DNA from: Octopus bimaculoides
Lineage: Eukaryota
Reading direction: 5' to 3'
DNA length: 64,000 bases
Assembly: GCF_001194135.2 (NCBI RefSeq)
Contig: NC_069005.1
Coordinates: 35,224,021-35,288,020, forward strand
Numbering within the stretch: position 1 is the first letter of the stretch; each line of letters begins with the position of its first letter. Below are positions 12,196 to 24,194 of the stretch, piece after piece. The position numbers and the translations under genes were made by a program. The notes under the pieces were generated by a model. It was not told where the DNA came from. It was given only the letters and a program-made list of their open reading frames with translations, and ran no database searches.

Positions 12196-13214
12196 GATGA
12201 TGATAATTTTCTTAATGTACTTAAACTGGAAGTTTTTCTATTTTATTTTGTTGTCGCCGCTTTTTGTATCGCATCGATTGAACGGTAATACACCTGTGTG
12301 CGGGTATATGTGTATGTGTATGTGTGTATATGTATGTATATATATATATGTGTGTGTGTATGCATGCATGTATGTATGTGTGTGTGTGTGTATGTAACAT
12401 CCTAGACATGACTTTAAGCTGCATCTGACAGTGAGACCCTGGTTCAAGAGTTCCAGGGTTTTCAGGAATGCGGAACCACTGTTCAACCACGATTATTCGC
12501 AGGTCTGTTTTCACCTGGAATAATAGCACCTGTCGGGGTCCCAGCTGTGGCTTTATGGATTTATGCGAAACTTCTATTATTCACATTTCAATGTTTCCTT
12601 ACTTTCAAAGCATTTTCCCCATTAGACGCCGGTTTGGCCATTTATAAAGGTATCCGAAAAAACCGCGTATCTCAGTAACCCGTGGTCCGATTTACGCAGA
12701 ACTTGTATTATTCCGCTTGTATTCACATGAGCATCCGATTCATGACGTCTCCTGCTTTTGCCTCATTCTCTGTTTTGCCAGACGCTCAGCTCTTCAAGTG
12801 TTCGATTCCTGATCTCTCCTGCTTCTGTCTCTTTCCCTCTGTTCCGCCAGACACTCGGCCCTTGCTTTATCAATCGACCCTTCAATTCGCATACCTGTCC
12901 CGATCTTGAGTAAATATTTCGTAAAGGACCCGTTCGTACTTCGGCGTGAAATAATTTTTTCCACAGGTTTTTTTCGAGTGCATTCAACGTGTCTCACCTT
13001 CAAACCCACCGCAAGCCACTTTCTTCCGGAAACGAAAGGGGGGAAGGGTTGTGGGGACCTCGAAGTTTCCCGGGAAACTCTGAGTTTCCTACCAACAGAA
13101 TTTTGTTTCGTGAGCTCTTTTTTTTCTTTTCCAGTTTATTTCGCATATTTTCAACGAATGTGACATTGAAATCACGCATAAACGGTTCCTTTCACCATAT
13201 ATATATGGTATATA

Positions 13215-13250
<36 letters not shown>

Positions 13251-13849
13251 CTCAGCCTCGTCGTAGTTCCCCTGGAGACATTGAACTAGTTCCCCACCTC
13301 GTTTTTTTCCCTTTGCTCAGAATAAAGTGTCGTGCTATAATAGTGTGTTGCCGTGGGACGTCGTTGTCACTCGTGCTTGTGCTGATTTGCTAACTACAAG
13401 GAGCTGTATATGGTTGCTGGTGTTGGAAGCTGACCGTTGGCTGTTGGTTGTTGGCAGCCATTTCTGGCGTTGGAGGCGAACAATTGTGCAAAGAACAAAA
13501 CGACGAAATCTGTTGGGATTTTTACGAACCAACTGTTTTTGTTGAGAGAGTTTCAATGTTATTGTACTTGGAGTAATTGAAACAGTATTGCAGTTGAGAG
13601 AGTTTAGATGTTATTGAAATTGCATTCGAAAAGTTACCGTTGGTCGTTGTGTTTCAGTGGATAGTCCATTATGTTGGTATTAGCTAGGTTCATCCGCTGC
13701 CCGTGTCTGTTTGCCTTGTCCTCTCAGCTACATCCCAAAGCTCTCTGGGTCTTGGTCCTATGTGCGTGTTATTTTATACCGATTAAGAAACTCAGAACGG
13801 AGAGCGCCAAAAGCTGACATGGTCGGCCTATTCCACATGAAATCGTGAC

Positions 13850-14650
13850 TAGCCAGATTTGTTGATGACGTGGATACAGGTGATTTATTGGAATTCAGCT
13901 GGGGATTCACTCCATTGGTTACACGGCGTTTCCCACAAATAAAATATGCGTATAACCTATTCCAGGTGAAGTCGCGATTGGTCAGAATCGTTGATCATGT
14001 GGGCAACATTCCCGTGAATCGCGACATCAATTGATTGCTGAATATTCTCACTCGTAGTCAATTCTTATCGTTCATTATTATCCTGGTGTCTCTAGCGTTA
14101 ATTGGGATAAATTCTATCATGAAATTCAGTTTTTAGCGGAAGTGATTTAGAGCTGGAAGAATTTTAGTGAAGTTGTTTAACTGGAGTTTGTGTTTAATTC
14201 CGACATATTCTTTGCTTTATATGCAATTATGTGGACGTTAGTGATGGAGATGGGAGGTTGTTTGAAGGAGTTTGCATCTCCTTATTAAATGTGTTTTGGA
14301 AGGAAGGAATGGATATTCTATTGAAATCTTTTCTTTTATCAAATTGATGAGATCGAATGCGATGCTGTTGAGGTTTTCCCTCTCTTTATTTTTTTAATGG
14401 ATGTAAGAGGTTCGCGTTTTGAATGCTTTTCGACGGAGACCCCTTCAATAAGCGCCTACACAGTCACATCACATTTTTGTCCTAGGAAGAATCTTTCGAA
14501 GGTGTCGATGTACTTGTGTGCAGAGGTAATCCCTACCTCGTCTTTTTCTGTTGGAAAAGGCTTGTCATTGCATGTACTTGACTGTGTTTCTGATGAGGCG
14601 AATGCATAGAACTTTCTAGATGGTATTCATATATTATTCAGTGAAAGAAG
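13850..14650 (-). mobile_element. Highly degenerate LINE reverse-transcriptase relic (L1/Tx1-like)
   Basis: Broken minus-strand peptides such as EPLTS..KKIKRGKTS and RIFSNQLMSRFTGMLPT resemble early RT motifs; many stops. Confidence 0.35.
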
Positions 14651-15141
14651 AATTGTGCTTTAACATCATCTGTTCGTGGGTCGTTGATAAGATTCAACAT
14701 TCGATTATATTTCTAAATTAAAGAAAAAAAGAAAACAGCGTTAACTTTACTTATTGCTACCTGAATACTACGATATCTTGTATGAGCTAACAATTTATAC
14801 TTGTGTTTATCACAATTTTTCACTATGTATGTATGTATGTATGTATGTATGTATGTACGTATGTATGTATGTATGGTGTGTATGTGTATATGTACGTTTT
14901 AGTGTTTGTTCCAATGCTGTTGGTTGGCTTACGTCTTTGTAACCGAGCGGTTTGGCAAAAGATATCGATAGAACAAAGTACCAGACTTCAAAATAAGTAC
15001 TGTAATTGATTTGTCCGACTAAACCCTTCAGTTCAGTGCCCCAGCATGGGCACAATCCAATGACTGAAACAAGCAGAAGATAAAAGAGGAGAAAAGAAAA
15101 CTTTGCGCACAACGATTTTTCCTTCCGTAATTGTAAAACAC

Positions 15142-15186
<45 letters not shown>

Positions 15187-15711
15187 CGTGTGTGTGTGTG
15201 TGTGTGTGTGTTTGCGGGCGTGTGTGTATTTGACTAGGTACATACATACATACATACATACATACATACATACATACATACATACACACATGCCTACGTA
15301 CATTCATAAAATATCACGTATATCATTCTTCAGTCTTTGCAATAAAAACAAGCTAGTAACAACAACATTATCATCATCATCATCATGAACAACAACAACA
15401 ACAACAAACAGCATCCGCAGTTTTCAAAAAAGAAAAAAACTTCCAGTTTCAGTATTTAATTTTTTATTCGTTTTTTTATGGATCTTTTTACTTCAGTTTA
15501 CATTTTAAAAGTCTTTGTCATCAATATAAACGATTTTGTCCATCAACAATGAGTTCCTGCAAGATGCAAACCGCAGTTGATCTTGTGTCTTTCATTGCTA
15601 TTGTAAGAGGCGCCGTGTTTCAACAATGGTCACAAAAGCGACAGAAGAGCAAATAGAATTTGCAGATATTGTGCATAGCGCTTTGAAAAGAAAACATTGT
15701 AGTGTTAAAGC

Positions 15712-15718
15712 TATAAAA
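15712..15718 (+). promoter_or_regulatory. TATA box of protease B
   Basis: TATAAAA ~65 bp upstream of ATG 15784, conserved in the paralogous promoters. Confidence 0.65.
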
Positions 15719-15783
15719 GAAGGAGCAATATTGCTGAAGTAGCATAAAGTGTTTCAGACTCGAAAACATCACCAATCTCAAAC

Positions 15784-16903
15784 ATGTTGGCTATATTTTG
15801 TTTAGCAATCGTTCTTCCTCTCAGTTTCGCTGGTAAATAACCTCTCTCTATTCTATTGCCTTATTACATTATTTTTCTTAGTGTTAATACAATTTTGCGG
15901 TTACATTTTCAAGACAGTTTATATTTCTACCAACGCATCACACGACTACACCATCAACACACCAATACACTCAGTTTTTCTGTTAATATATTTCCAGAGC
16001 CAGATGAACATATCGTAGGTGGTTCTCCAGCAGCAAGTTGTCAGTTTCCATCAATAGTTCATTTACTCTTTGATACTACTAAAGGTACTTTCGAATGTGG
16101 TGGTACACTATTGGACAACCAACATGTTTTGACCGCTGCCCATTGTTTGTAAGTAAAATCTCTTTCACTGGTTTTTGTCTTCTATACTATAATGGAGAAA
16201 GATGCTTATTAATTAGGTATGTAACAATTACTAAAAGTACTAAAAGAAAGCAATTATTAAAAGGTTGACCGTCTGGAAATATTTTTATAAATTCATATTC
16301 TAAGAAATTTCCCATAATTTCGATTTCTCAAATTTCTTGAATTTTTTAAACTCCAATTTCTCGCAAATTTAAATATTCTCTACATTCATTGCATCCAATT
16401 CACAAATTTAAATATTCATTGCATTCACTACAGAATATTCCATTATCATTTGCAAAGTCTCTCACTTTCTCTTTTAAGTTTTCATTCACTATTTGGAAAA
16501 CCGACAGTTTATTCTATTAATGTAAACGTAATTTATTATTTATTGAATGAAAATTTTTAAAACACCCATATAATTTTTGAACGCAGAATCGCTGTGAGAA
16601 GAGTCTAGAAAGGTGGGTAATAACTATTAGAAGACGAGAAGAAAAAAAGTTACCGATAAGTACTCGAAACTTGCAACTTATTCACAGTTTCCAAACACTG
16701 TACCACTAAGTCAATACATACACAAACAAGTTGCATGCGCGACTTCAACGGTGACACACTTTTGTTAAAAAGTATCCCTTTTCTGGATAGCATGAGGCAA
16801 CAAAGTCAGGGGTGTATACATCTGGAGTAATACCCTTTTATTTATACGATTTTTTCATTTCATGTTTATTTCATTCATTGTTTACAATGTTCTCTCTCCC
16901 CCT

Positions 16904-16935
<32 letters not shown>

Positions 16936-19900
16936 TACAAAGCTTACAGAGGGGCTGCTGTATTGAAATTTCTTTGTTGCTTTGAGGGAAAGGTAAAACT
17001 TGGCAAACTGATTCTCCGTCCGTTGTTGGACTACCGTGATATCTGTTTAGAACAAAGAGATTATGACTGTGATAAAATAATGAAAGCAACACTTACTAAG
17101 CAAGTGAGCACTATTATATAAAAAAAATAATTAGACATAATAAAATTTAAACATTATTAGAATTGAGAATCAAATGTGAAAATATTGCCAAAGGGCTAGC
17201 AGAAAACCGCCTGGAGGGCGGTCTTTCTGCTAGTGCAAACTAACCTCGCTTCCTTACTATTTCACAAACATCTCTCATTGAGTCACTAATGCATCGGTGG
17301 ACTACACAACAGATGAGATGATAAATTTAAATATATTGCTGAGTGAAATATTCTAATTTAAATTCCCATTTATTTTCGACGGACTCTTAAACAAATATCT
17401 TACTCAAATGTCTTTGTCTTCTCATTAACTCAGTAAACCGATCCTATATTTAGGAAAAGAATGATTGCTGGCTGACAGAATGCACTATCGGACTATTAAG
17501 CAATGGCTTGATGGTTCGTGTCAACCATGGACAATATATTCAATACATAAAATGCCAACGAAATTCTGTAAATGTTTTGGCCATAGCTTTAGCAAGTAGA
17601 GTTATCTTCGAATGAAAAGGTCCCAATATAAACTTCAAATTCCAATATTACTAACTACATTTTCATTTGTTAAATACTCTAAAGCAAGCAATCACTTCTT
17701 GTACGATTTCTTTGGTTTATGAACCCGAACTAAAGTTCTATTCCTGCCGATCTAAAATATAGATTATATTTCATATATAACTAAATATAAAAGGGATTGA
17801 AAGTAATGCACAGGTGACTTCATTTTCATTAATTTCAGCGCTACCGGAACTCGTTCAGTTTCTATAAATATTGGTACCAATAATAACCAAGTGAACGGTC
17901 GATATGTTATGACATCTAGAACATGGAAAGTCCATTCTGGTTATTCTGATAATCCCATGCGTAAGTACTTTGCAACTGATATTTCACTACATACTCTTCA
18001 CAAATAATCTTATATCTTAATATTCTTTGGGATTTATTTATGATTACTTTAACAAGGCAAAAACAAAACTTTCATTTGTAGTTGATTTGAACGCAAGTTT
18101 CTTGCATAATCCGTTACTTTCCACGATTTGACTGAGATTTTCCGTTCGATGTGGATGAATCAGTCAAATTTCACAAGAGTTTACACTCATACACTTCTGA
18201 CATTCGAAACTGAGGAAAATCACAAAGAAAATCATCTGAGACAGTTAGACATAGAATATATATATATATATTACCTGTGAATTTGCGTGTGCAAACTGGG
18301 AATGCATACAAAGAGCTTCTCTGCCCTAGGTGTACGGAAAAAACTTGGCGAGAAATGGAAGAAAATTTAAAGAAAGAAGAAAAAAAATCAACAATAATAG
18401 TAATCCTTTTCACTATAGGCACAAAGCCTGAATTTTTTAGGGGAGGGGGACTAGTCGATTGTATTAACCCCAGTGTTTCACTGGTACTTCTTTTATGGAC
18501 CCTGAAAGGATGAAAGGTAAAGTCGACCTCAGTGGAATTTAAACTCAGAGCGTAGTGACAGGCAAAACACTGCTAAGTATTTCATCCGGTGCGCTAACAA
18601 TTCTGCCAGCTCACCGCCTTAATACTAATAACAACAACAACAACAACAATAATAATAATAACAGCATCAATGGCAACAATAACTATAACAATAATTTCTA
18701 TTTTAAAAGGCAACGATATTGCTATGATTCGTCTACCTAAGCCAGTGTCATTTGGAAATTGTGTAGCAGCTGCTGCCCTTCCTTCTCAAGGAGAGATATT
18801 TGATGGGAGAAGATGTATCGCAGCTGGATGGGGTAGAACTGGAGGTAAGTATTCATTTCATTTATTAATATCTTTCTTGTCTCTCTCTCTCTCTCTCTTT
18901 CTTTCTCTCCCACCTTATCTATCTTATTATGTACTGAATTTCAGAGAGTTTGCCAGCGATATCCTACGTATCTTTAAGGCTACAAACAGTGTCTCAAATA
19001 GCATAGAGTGAACATCAAATTCGTAGGGAAATAAATAAATGGCAGTTGTGGGTTGTGTAAGGAGATCAAAAGATATTCAGCAATGATAAAAATTCAGGAA
19101 ATCACTTAGAATTTATCACACAAAACCATCTTGTACGTATGTATGTATGTATGTATGCATGCATATATGTATCACTTTCCCAGTAATAGTTCAGATTTGT
19201 AGTCTTCAAATCAGCTTTCTCCTTTCTGGTTTTGAGAAGCCTAATTTCTCAAGACTGATATTTAGGCAGTGTGTTACGTATCCCAATGCCCCAATAATTA
19301 CAGGTATAAACCTGAAGTTGTAATCTGAATAGAATAATTGTAGATTCCTCAATGATGGCTGAGAATTTTAAGATTTCCAGCGCAATAGCAGCTTCTTTTA
19401 ATATCCAGTAGAACTAAAAATGACTTCAATAAAGGCAATTCAAGTTTTTTTTTTTTTTCTGTTTCTAATTTCAGTGGATAAGTCTTCGACTGTCGAACTT
19501 CGACATGTAACTATGCCAATTGTTGAACACAGACTCTGCAAACAGAAAATGGACTATGCGTCTCTCATGGATGAACATATTTGTGGAGGTGATTTCAAGT
19601 TCGGTGGTGCCAGCACTTGTATGGTGAGATTTTTTTTTTAGACCTTGAGAAGTGGAGAAAGTTCAGGGAACTTTCAATCCCTAAATACACATGCAGTGAT
19701 AAGATATTTACACAAACATGAAATCAACTCGAACCGAAAGTAAAATGTAAAGTGAGACAGAATAACTAAAGTTATACGATTCCACCAATCTTCTTCAAAT
19801 ATATAGAAAGAGACACTGGAAAGTTAGATGCATATCCAGCTATTTATCTAACTGGGTATTGAACCTCTTAAAAATGCAGAGAATACCTCAACCAGGTAAA

Positions 19901-20368
19901 AAGCAACATTTCAGAACATCAATATCTTTATATTTTATTGAAGAAATTGGTTATGTTTATCCTATAAAACGAAAACTAATTCTTCAACAGAATATCACTT
20001 CCTCCTCACACTGCACCTTCTGTTGCATTGCCCAATGCCAGGGATCCTGGCTGGAAACATTTCCCAGCAGAAGAATCTTTGGTACATAATTCTGTCACTT
20101 CTTTCCCTTCTATTCCATTCAGCATTGCAGAAAGATTAAGATCTGGAGATAAACATATTGATCGGATGGAAAACTCCAAGCTTTACAGCTTAAAGGTGGT
20201 GACTAGACCTGCTTCCTTCTCAAATTACATCATATTGTCTTCAAATAACGAAGATACCTTGAATAATATTGTCCTACGTACAATATTGTTGTGGAAAAGA
20301 CGAAATAAAAAGGAGTAGAATGTCTGTGATTAAAGGTTTGATGGATCAGGACTGGCCTTGGGCTAAGA

Positions 20369-20399
<31 letters not shown>

Positions 20400-20786
20400 G
20401 CAGTAATGTAAGAAAGAAAAGCCCATAGAAACAGGCAGAAATAAACAGACATACACTTATACATACATATACAAGCTTATGTAGTTATATAGTGACACAC
20501 ACGCACACATGAACAACATATATCTCATCGTATTTATATATTTCTATACACATTCTCATATATACAAGTATACACACCCGTACCATCTCAAACTAATTGT
20601 TAAATATTCTTTTTGTTTCCTCCCCAGGGTGATTCTGGTGGCCCTTTCTATTGCCCCAGCAGAAATGGCAACATGGTTGTGGCTGGCATCACATCATTTG
20701 GTTATGACTGTGCTATTGATGCTGCCATCTTTACCAGTGTTTCCTACTTCAGAAACTGGATCGACACCACATTAAGGACTTTATAA
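15784..20786 (+). CDS. Secreted S1A chymotrypsin-like serine protease B, 254 aa, complete (candidate posterior salivary gland/venom or digestive protease)
   Basis: Exons 15784-15832, 15998-16148, 17839-17960, 18710-18844, 19475-19623, 20628-20786 total 765 nt with consistent phases. Protein: MLAIFCLAIVLPLSFA EPDEH IVGG...TAAHC...NDIA...STCMGDSGGP...TLRTL*. Ser189/Met192 as in chymotrypsin. AATAAA at ~20882. Confidence 0.95.
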
Positions 20787-21224
20787 GATCCAGAAACAGG
20801 ATCGATGACGCCCTGAAAATTTAATAGATTGTTGCAGTCCAACGACACTCTAAAATATATTTGATATTTCAACTATATTTAAATAAAATAGATTTTTACT
20901 GAACAATTTTCTGTCTTTCTTCTTTTTAAAGAGATTCTCCATCTTAAAAATAAACTCACAAATATAAAGAATGTTTCTGTTTACTTTTCTAATGTTAAAA
21001 TACCAAATTCCTGCAGCTTGCTATGATATTGATGGTGCATTCTGTATTTCTTAGACCTGATAATTACAGTCTTGTACTAAAGAAGAGTTTAAAGAATCTC
21101 TTATTGTCCATTGAGGCATTTGGCACACACACACACACACACACACACAATCCACCCATACACACAAATGTATATGTGTTTGTGTGGGGGGTGTACACAT
21201 ACATTACACATACACTCACATACA

Positions 21225-21520
21225 AATAAGTCCCCAGGTTTCCTCCACAGTTAGAGATCAGCACTTCTTTACACAGCCATCTTCGTCCATATGCATCACA
21301 TGACCATATCAGTGCAGTTGTTTCTCTTGCACACCACATCTGATGCCTCTTATGCCCAGCTTTTCTCTTAAGACGCTTACACTCTGTCATACATGCGCAC
21401 TGACGTTGCACATCCAGCAAAGCATACTGGCTTCATTTCTTTCAAGCCTACACAGGTCCTCGGTGGTCACAGCCCATGTTTCACTGCCATGTAGCATGGT
21501 TCTTTGCACACAGGTATCAT
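21225..21520 (-). mobile_element. RTE LINE 3' fragment
   Basis: CVQRTMLHGSETWAVTTEDLCRLERNEASMLCWMCNVS; same family as 56960-57709. Confidence 0.8.
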
Positions 21521-21600
21521 GCATGCATGCATGCATACATACATACATACATACATACATACATACATGCATACATACATACATACATACATACATGCAC

Positions 21601-21631
<31 letters not shown>

Positions 21632-22409
21632 CATACATACATACATACATACATATAAATTCTTATTAATGTAAACAAGTGAAAGAATAAAAGAACCGAA
21701 GTTGAAAATGCAGAGGAAATACATTAAAATTAGAATTTAATTTTATTTTGAAATATCGGAATGCACCCAGGGTATATTGGTATTTATTGTATGGTTTCCG
21801 ACTCACGAGAGAGTGATGCAGGATGTGTCAAAACAACCATTGTGATAAATAAAGTTTCTAGTATATTCTATTTTCCGTATCACCTGTTTCTGGTTGTGTG
21901 GTAAGAAGCTTGCTTCCCAACCACATAGTTCCTGGCTCAGTTCTCCTGCATGGCATCTTGGGCAAGTATCTTCTACAATGTATGAATTTTCAACATATAC
22001 ACACACACACACACACACAGAAAATCTGCCTTTTATAGATAAGATACATACATATACACACACACACATGTATATACACATATATGTATAAATATATTAA
22101 TGTGTATACACACATATATACACACATATACGTGCATGTTATATATATACATTTATCTTCATATATTATGTCCAGACATATGTGTGTGTGTGTGTGTAAG
22201 CATGTGCATTTCTAAGTATGGGTGTGTGTTTTGTACACACACGTGTTCCACATTTGTTGGTTAAAGGTGTCTGCATGCACCAAAGCAATACTTTGTCAAT
22301 CATTTTGAATCTTTTAGAAACTATTTCTTGCTATCGCCATTCACATTGTGTGCTTGGGAAAACTCCAGCTGGACGTCTGTTTGTAGTGACTGTTTTCTCA
22401 AACCACCTT

Positions 22410-22640
22410 ACAGTGCACCCAGCTACCTCCACCATACCACCACCACCATCACCGCCACCACCACCAACATCACTATCACCACCATCACCATCATTGCCAC
22501 CACTGCCACCTTCAACAACAGCAGCACCACCACCAATAGCAACAATAACAACATCGCCACCTCTTCCTATGACCACCACCACCACCAACAACACTATCTT
22601 CACCACCATACCCCACCAACACCACCCACCACTACTACCA
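22410..22640. repeat. Degenerate (CAC/CAA)n trinucleotide low-complexity tract
   Basis: Runs of acc/cac/aac; explains the Thr/Pro/His-rich ORFs. Confidence 0.85.
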
Positions 22641-22749
22641 TTAATATTGAGAAACACAGTCATTTGTTTCCTTTTGTTATTTGATGAGCTTGGAGCAAGG
22701 GGCCAGTACCTATCATGTATGCAGGCCCCTCAAGAAGAGTGACATTGAT

Positions 22750-23900
22750 GCTGGTAATATTTTTCTTAAACTGTTGCAGGTCCACCTCTTCAAGGAGGAG
22801 ATCCCAAAGGAACCAATGTTTCTGGGACAAAGGAAGGACTGATCAATAATGGTCAGTGCAAGGCAGGTGTGAGGGCAGAGGATGGCTTGAGGCTGAAAGA
22901 CAGACTACTTGAGTGGAGGAAGTACAAGACCAACCACCTCTAAGAAACTGGTGGCCATAAGTTGCAATAGAAAAGACAGAGAAAGGCGATAGCATGTGGG
23001 CTGGAGACTGAAGTGTGTCTGTTTGTGATTTAATGCCACTTTGCTGAGTGGCCCTTCAGTATGAGTAGCAGCAACACCACTCCAAAAGTGAAAGCAGTAC
23101 TCCATTATGAGTCTCACTTGAACTTTGTAGAATGTCAACAGCTGTTAAAAGCAGAAATATCCTCTGGTTCTGAAGAGGAGGGCTAGACTTTGGGACGTGG
23201 TCCTAGCTGTGTTAAAGATGTGCTTTCATTAAAAAAGAGACCCTTAATTACAGAAAGGGAGTTAGCTGAGTCCCGGTCATATTTTGGGTGTGATGTGATT
23301 TTTTTTTTTATATTGTGTAGTATTTGAATATTTTGCTGTTCAAAGAGACAAGGTTGGCATTGCTCAGATGAGGAATCCAGTCGAGGTCTCAGTTTGTACA
23401 ATGAAAGCACGTTTGCTATATAATTACATAGGATGAGACATAATTGGGAAAGATGATGCAGAGTCATGTCATCTGCTTGATAGTGTATATTGTTGAATAT
23501 AGCAGCAAATAGGTCATTAATGTATAAATGGAAGAGAGTGGAGGACACAACTGAACCCTGGGGAACAATAAAATTGGTTGAGAGTGGGGTGAAAAGAGCT
23601 CCATCTATGTGTGTCACTATGGTACCTGTCTGATAAGAGGCTACCCATCCAAAAATTGATAGAAGGGTGGAACTCTTAGGCAGGAAGCTTTGAGAGGATT
23701 TTTACATTCCAGACATGGTGAAAAGCTTTGCTGTTGCCTAGAGTAACAATATTGCTTTCACCAAATTTCTTTAAAGCAATTTAACATTCTCAATTCCTGT
23801 GAAATGAGAAAGAACAACTTCTCTTAGAAAGTGTTGATTCCTAGAGAGACCAACAATGAGAATAGATAAGTCTACCTTGGCAATCAAGAAGGTAGGAAGA
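22750..23900 (-). mobile_element. Degenerate LINE (CR1/L2/Jockey-group) RT fragment
   Basis: IVPQGSVVSSTLFHLYINDL...YQADDMTL (RT motifs) and FYKVQVRLIMEYCFHFWSG downstream. Confidence 0.75.
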
Positions 23901-24194
23901 CAGCAAAAAGATTCAAAGAATTAAAATTTATTGTTGCAAACAGAAATGTGAGAGAAGGAGGAAGAAAAAAAGAGAATTGTGAAAAAACTATTTGTCTTAT
24001 CTGATATTATTTAACCTTAACTCTTTCTGATGACATGAACCTATGATCAAAACACATTCCAGCGATGACCATCCAGTCTTTATTAGGTTTTTCTCTTTTG
24101 CATGCACAATATATCGAAGATCATATTCCCCAGTGTATTCTTCCTTTGGGTGTTTTCTGGGTGTTTTCTGGTTGGTTCCTTTGATATGAATCTC

